Shown here: positions 60,822 through 64,000 of the stretch, piece by piece
How positions within the stretch are numbered: position 1 is the first letter of the stretch
Layout of the letters: the number at the start of each line of letters is the position of its first letter
Source of the DNA: an uncultured Spirochaetota bacterium
GTDB lineage: Bacteria; Spirochaetota; Spirochaetia; SZUA-6; DRHE01
DNA length: 64,000 nucleotides
Direction: 5' to 3'
Assembly (NCBI GenBank): GCA_963745745.1
Contig: CAVUYS010000007.1
Location: forward strand, 29,956-93,955
Notes under the pieces: model-generated
What the model was told of the DNA's origin: nothing
Database searches by the model: none
The model's input: only the letters and a program-made list of their open reading frames with translations
Position numbers and translations under genes: made by a program

Positions 60822-61645
60822 CCGGGGCCGGCCTCGTCGAGCCGGTCCAGGAACCAGCCCGCCAGGCGTACCGCGGTGGCCCGTGCGTACGAGCCCAGCC
60901 CCGGGATGGAGAGGCGCTCCTCCAGCTCGCGCAGGAAGCCCTGGCGGGCGCGCGGCGGCAGGGGCAGCCGCGCGTTCTTCAGGCTGTCCTCCAGCTCGCG
61001 GCTGCGCAGCAGGCCGAAATCCGGACCCGCCAGGCAGAAGTGCAGCGTTTCCAGGGCGCCGCGGCCCAGGCGGGCGACGGCGGCCAGGGTCAGGCCCGAA
61101 GCCAGGCGGCGGAAGCCCTGCGCCTGCCATTCCTCCATGGGGATGCGGAGCCGGGTGAGCACTTCGCCGCGTCGCGGCTCAGCCAGCCAGGCGCGGACCC
61201 AACGGGCCCCGGCGGCGCTGCGCAGCTCCACCTGTCCGTCCAGCACGGCCAGGGCGGAGGGCACGGCTCCCCCGTCCTCCCGGCCGGCGCAGAGGTTTCC
61301 GCCAATGGTGCCGAGGTTGCGCACAGGGGGCGTGCCCACCGAGGCGATGGCCTGGGCCAGCACGGCCGGCAGCACGTTCCTGCCGGTGCTCAGCGCCCGA
61401 CCCAGGGTCACTCCGGTGCCGATGTCCAGGTGCCGGGGGGTGCGGATGATGCGACCCAGCTCCAGCACGTTGCCGAGCATGACCAGCCTGGGGGGCAGCC
61501 GGAAGGGCCGCTCCCGGCCCGCGGCCGCCCGCAGGGCGATGGCCGTGCCCCCGGCATACAGCAGTGCGTCCGGATCCAGGGAGTACAGGCGCAGCAGGCC
61601 GTTCAGGCTGCGGGGGCGGTAGACCTTGATCTCCCGGTCTCTCAC
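60818..61645 (-). CDS. xanthine dehydrogenase/CO dehydrogenase-family FAD-binding (medium) subunit
   Basis: Last 275 aa of ORF 60818..62050 from GTG 61645: VRDREIKVYRPRSLNGLLRLYS...LLYAGGTAIAL...VRNLGTIGGNLCAG. GTGA overlap with the FeS-subunit stop. Confidence 0.8.
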   Translation of the reverse strand: MRDREIKVYRPRSLNGLLRLYSLDPDALLYAGGTAIALRAAAGRERPFRLPPRLVMLGNVLELGRIIRTPRHLDIGTGVTLGRALSTGRNVLPAVLAQAIASVGTPPVRNLGTIGGNLCAGREDGGAVPSALAVLDGQVELRSAAGARWVRAWLAEPRRGEVLTRLRIPMEEWQAQGFRRLASGLTLAAVARLGRGALETLHFCLAGPDFGLLRSRELEDSLKNARLPLPPRARQGFLRELEERLSIPGLGSYARATAVRLAGWFLDRLDEAGPG

Positions 61646-62088
61646 GGCCTGGCTCCGGTTCCGCAGGTGCACCGGTTGCCGGACAGGGCCTCGGCCAGTT
61701 CCCCGGCTTCGGCTTCCGGGTTGCCGAGATACAGCCCGGCCAGGGCCACCAGCATGCCCGGGGCGCAGCGCCCGCAGCGCCGCTGCAGCTCGGCCAGGCC
61801 CTTCCGGCGGATCCAGCCGGGCAGGCCGGCGAAAGCCCGCGCGTCGGCAATGCCTTCGGCGGTGAACACCTCGGCATCGGCGGCGGCGAACAGGGGCAGC
61901 AGGCAGGCATTGACGGCCTTCTGATTGAACAACACCAGGCAGGAGCCGCATTCCCCCCGCCCGCAGCCTTCGGGCGGCCCGGGCAGCCGCAGGTCCTGCC
62001 GCAGCACGTCGATCAGCCGCCGGTCCAGAGGCCCCTGCGCCTGCACCCACTCGCCGTTGACCCGAAACCTCACTCGGACTGCAGGCAT
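61642..62088 (-). CDS. xanthine dehydrogenase-family [2Fe-2S]-binding (small) subunit
   Basis: From ATG 62088: MPAVRVRFRVNGEW...GCGRGECGSCLVLFNQKAVNACLLPL...RRCGRCAPGM...LSGNRCTCGTG. All eight cluster-ligand Cys positions are present. Confidence 0.85.
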   Translation of the reverse strand: MPAVRVRFRVNGEWVQAQGPLDRRLIDVLRQDLRLPGPPEGCGRGECGSCLVLFNQKAVNACLLPLFAAADAEVFTAEGIADARAFAGLPGWIRRKGLAELQRRCGRCAPGMLVALAGLYLGNPEAEAGELAEALSGNRCTCGTGARP

Positions 62089-63983
62089 TGCTGGATCACC
62101 TCCGGGCTCAGGGGAAGGCGGTCGAGAAACAGGCCGGTGGCCTGGGAAGCCGCGGCCGCGAAGGCCGGCGCGACTCCCAGGGAAGGCAGCCGGTCCCAGG
62201 CGCGGTACTCCTGACCGGAGGCGCGGCGCTCCGCCCGGGCGCCGCGCGGCAGGAAAAGCACGTGCAGCTGCGGAAGGCCTCGCGCCGAGGGGTGAAAGCT
62301 GCGGCGGGAGGGGGCGATGCGCTGCAGGGCCCGCAGGACCTCGCCCTCGGCGAAGTCCCGGTACAGCCGCTCGTCCTCCACCCGGCCGACGTCCAGCGCC
62401 AGCCACAGGCTGCGGCACCGCGGCTCCAGGGTGGCCGGGTCGATCTCCACCTCGACCGCTGTGGCGGCCCAGGAGCGCTCCGCCCTGCCCCCCGCGGCCC
62501 GGCGGGTGACCGTGGCCGGCCGGCTGCGCCGGCGCAGGTCCCGGCAGCACAGCTCCAGCAGGCGCAGGCCCGGGCCCAGGGCCAATCCCACCGACCCCCC
62601 GGGGCCGGGCGGCAGGTCATTGGTGTCGGAGGGTTCCACCCGGACCGCTGAGGGCTCCAGCTCCAGCAAGCGGGCCGCCTGCCGGCGGAAGAGCTCCGCC
62701 AGCCACGGCTCGGCCGACGCCAGCGCGGTGGAGATGCTCAGGGTCCCGTCCTTTCCCAGCTCCAGGCGCATCGCCCCCAGGGTGTCGTCCTCCTGGGAGC
62801 AGAGGGCCAGCCCGATTCCGCGCAAGCCGCGGCCGGGGCTCCGGCGGGCGCGGGCCGCCTGGCAGGCCGCCGCGCAGGCTGCGTAGCGCCGCCGGAAATC
62901 CGACAGGACCACGACCTGCTCCAGCGCCTCTTTTTCCGCGGCGCGCAGGCGCCCTGCCAGGCGGCGGCGCCACTCGTAGGGATCCAGCCGGGCCACCTCC
63001 TGCAGGCGCGAAGCGTGCAGCTCGGCGGCGAACCAGGCCGCCTCCCTGGCCGGCAGGGGATCGGCCGGGGGCCTGGAGCTTGCCGACCAGCCGGCGGCCA
63101 GCTCCAGGTTCGGGCAGGCCGGCTCCCCGCTGCGGACGGTCTCTTCCAGCGCCTCCTGGTCCGCCGGGTAGAAGGCCCCGCCGTCCAGCTCCAGGCTCAC
63201 CTGCGCGCCGATCGGCGCCCCGGAGGGATCCAGGGCGGTGCGATGGCGCACCACGGCGTTGGGGCTGCCCGACGCCCACAGGGCCTGCTCCAGGGGATCG
63301 TAGATCAGGCGCACGTTCCTCCCGGAGCGCCAGGCCAGCAGGGCGGCGTGGGCGGCGGCCAGCAGGGCGGGCAGCAGCCGTCCCTCCAGGGGGCCGCTGG
63401 CCGCCGTCCGGACCCGCACCCGCCGTTCCGGCAGGTCCAGCAGCCGGGCCAGCTGGCGGCGCAGGTCGAAGGGATCCGCGGTCAGGGCGTGCAGCAGCAG
63501 CACGCGGCCATCCCACTGGGCCACCGCCCCGACCGGGTCCACCGCTTCCGGAGGCAGGCCCTCGCAGCGGTACTCCCCTTCGACGATGTGGGCGGCCCCG
63601 GCGAAAGCCTCGGCGGTCGCCCCGCGATGCCAGCTCCAGCCCGGCTGCGGCCCTCCGCCCGGCAGTCCCGCCGGCGCAGTCTCCGGGTCCACCTCCAGGC
63701 GGACCGCGGCGGCCAACTCGGCGGCCTGCTCGGCATCGGCGGCCCCCAGCAGGGCCAGAGGCTGGCCGGGGTGCAGAACGCGTTCCTCGGCCAATACCGG
63801 CACCCGCAGCCCCAGGCACTCCAGGATCGGGTCCCCGGGAATGTCCGCGGCGCTCAGGCCGAAGCAGCCGTCCGGCAGCTCGGGCAGAGCGAGCGCCCGC
63901 AGCAGGCCGCAGGCGTTGGGGGAACGCACCACCGCCCCCGCCAGGCAGTCCTCGGGGCGAAGATCATCGATGAAGACTGGCAT
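62070..63983 (-). CDS. xanthine dehydrogenase/aldehyde oxidase-family molybdopterin-binding (large) subunit, short and divergent
   Basis: 637-aa intact ORF. The N-terminus FIDDLRPEDCLAGAVVRSPNACGLLRALALPELPDG...AADIPG matches the a/b-hammerhead pattern. The C-terminus VAPAFAAAASQATGLFLDRLPLSPEVI matches the family tail. The usual GGGFGGK stretch reads SGPLEGR. Confidence 0.7.
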   Translation of the reverse strand: MPVFIDDLRPEDCLAGAVVRSPNACGLLRALALPELPDGCFGLSAADIPGDPILECLGLRVPVLAEERVLHPGQPLALLGAADAEQAAELAAAVRLEVDPETAPAGLPGGGPQPGWSWHRGATAEAFAGAAHIVEGEYRCEGLPPEAVDPVGAVAQWDGRVLLLHALTADPFDLRRQLARLLDLPERRVRVRTAASGPLEGRLLPALLAAAHAALLAWRSGRNVRLIYDPLEQALWASGSPNAVVRHRTALDPSGAPIGAQVSLELDGGAFYPADQEALEETVRSGEPACPNLELAAGWSASSRPPADPLPAREAAWFAAELHASRLQEVARLDPYEWRRRLAGRLRAAEKEALEQVVVLSDFRRRYAACAAACQAARARRSPGRGLRGIGLALCSQEDDTLGAMRLELGKDGTLSISTALASAEPWLAELFRRQAARLLELEPSAVRVEPSDTNDLPPGPGGSVGLALGPGLRLLELCCRDLRRRSRPATVTRRAAGGRAERSWAATAVEVEIDPATLEPRCRSLWLALDVGRVEDERLYRDFAEGEVLRALQRIAPSRRSFHPSARGLPQLHVLFLPRGARAERRASGQEYRAWDRLPSLGVAPAFAAAASQATGLFLDRLPLSPEVIQQCLQSE

Positions 63984-64000
63984 CTCATCTCAGTGAGGAG

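Overview
This is a visibly GC-rich bacterial chromosome segment, and almost every gene lies on the minus strand. The core (45.4 kb down to 16.3 kb) is one uninterrupted translation/transcription superoperon: tRNA-Thr, rpmG, tRNA-Trp, secE, nusG, rplKAJL, rpoBC, rpsLG-fusA-tuf, the S10 and spc clusters, then secY-rpmJ-rpsMKD-rpoA-rplQ.

Flanking genes are as follows.
- Left flank: a coiled-coil repeat protein that runs off the window edge, an exported Cys-motif protein, a UDP-sugar pyrophosphorylase, a MerR regulator, der, ptsI, a GerMN protein, tlyA, ymdB, rny, and a ~1000-aa two-TM acidic-repeat protein.
- Right flank: rsmD, recG, yggT, hom, dnaE and an SDR epimerase. These are followed by a small accessory block holding a beta-barrel-like exported protein plus a GNAT-like protein, convergent with an XDH-like Mo/FeS/FAD trio, an MMPL/RND exporter and a PlsC-type acyltransferase.

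Several genes were added by hand because they are missing from the ORF track: the edge-truncated coiled-coil gene, rpmD, secE, rpmG, rpmJ, both tRNAs, and the true ends of rplE, rplL and the hom/dnaE junction.

I see no CRISPR array, mobile element, toxin-antitoxin pair or defence island, and I cannot honestly point to a convincing new system.

The dominant anomaly is that about 30 of about 67 genes, many of them indispensable, are cut by single-base frame breaks. Almost all of these behave as +1 insertions, and they are strongly clustered. I read this as a consensus-quality artefact rather than biology.

The best candidates for unexplored biology are:
- the 12.5-15.6 kb sensor-like membrane protein;
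- the MMPL-PlsC / beta-barrel-GNAT lipid-type locus next to a divergent XDH trio;
- an N-terminally extended L5 and a CxxC...CxxC L24;
- a set of consensus TTGACA promoters, three of which appear to drive leaderless genes.

Lineage is inferred only from memory of EF-Tu sequences and gene order, which look spirochaete-like. This is unverified.
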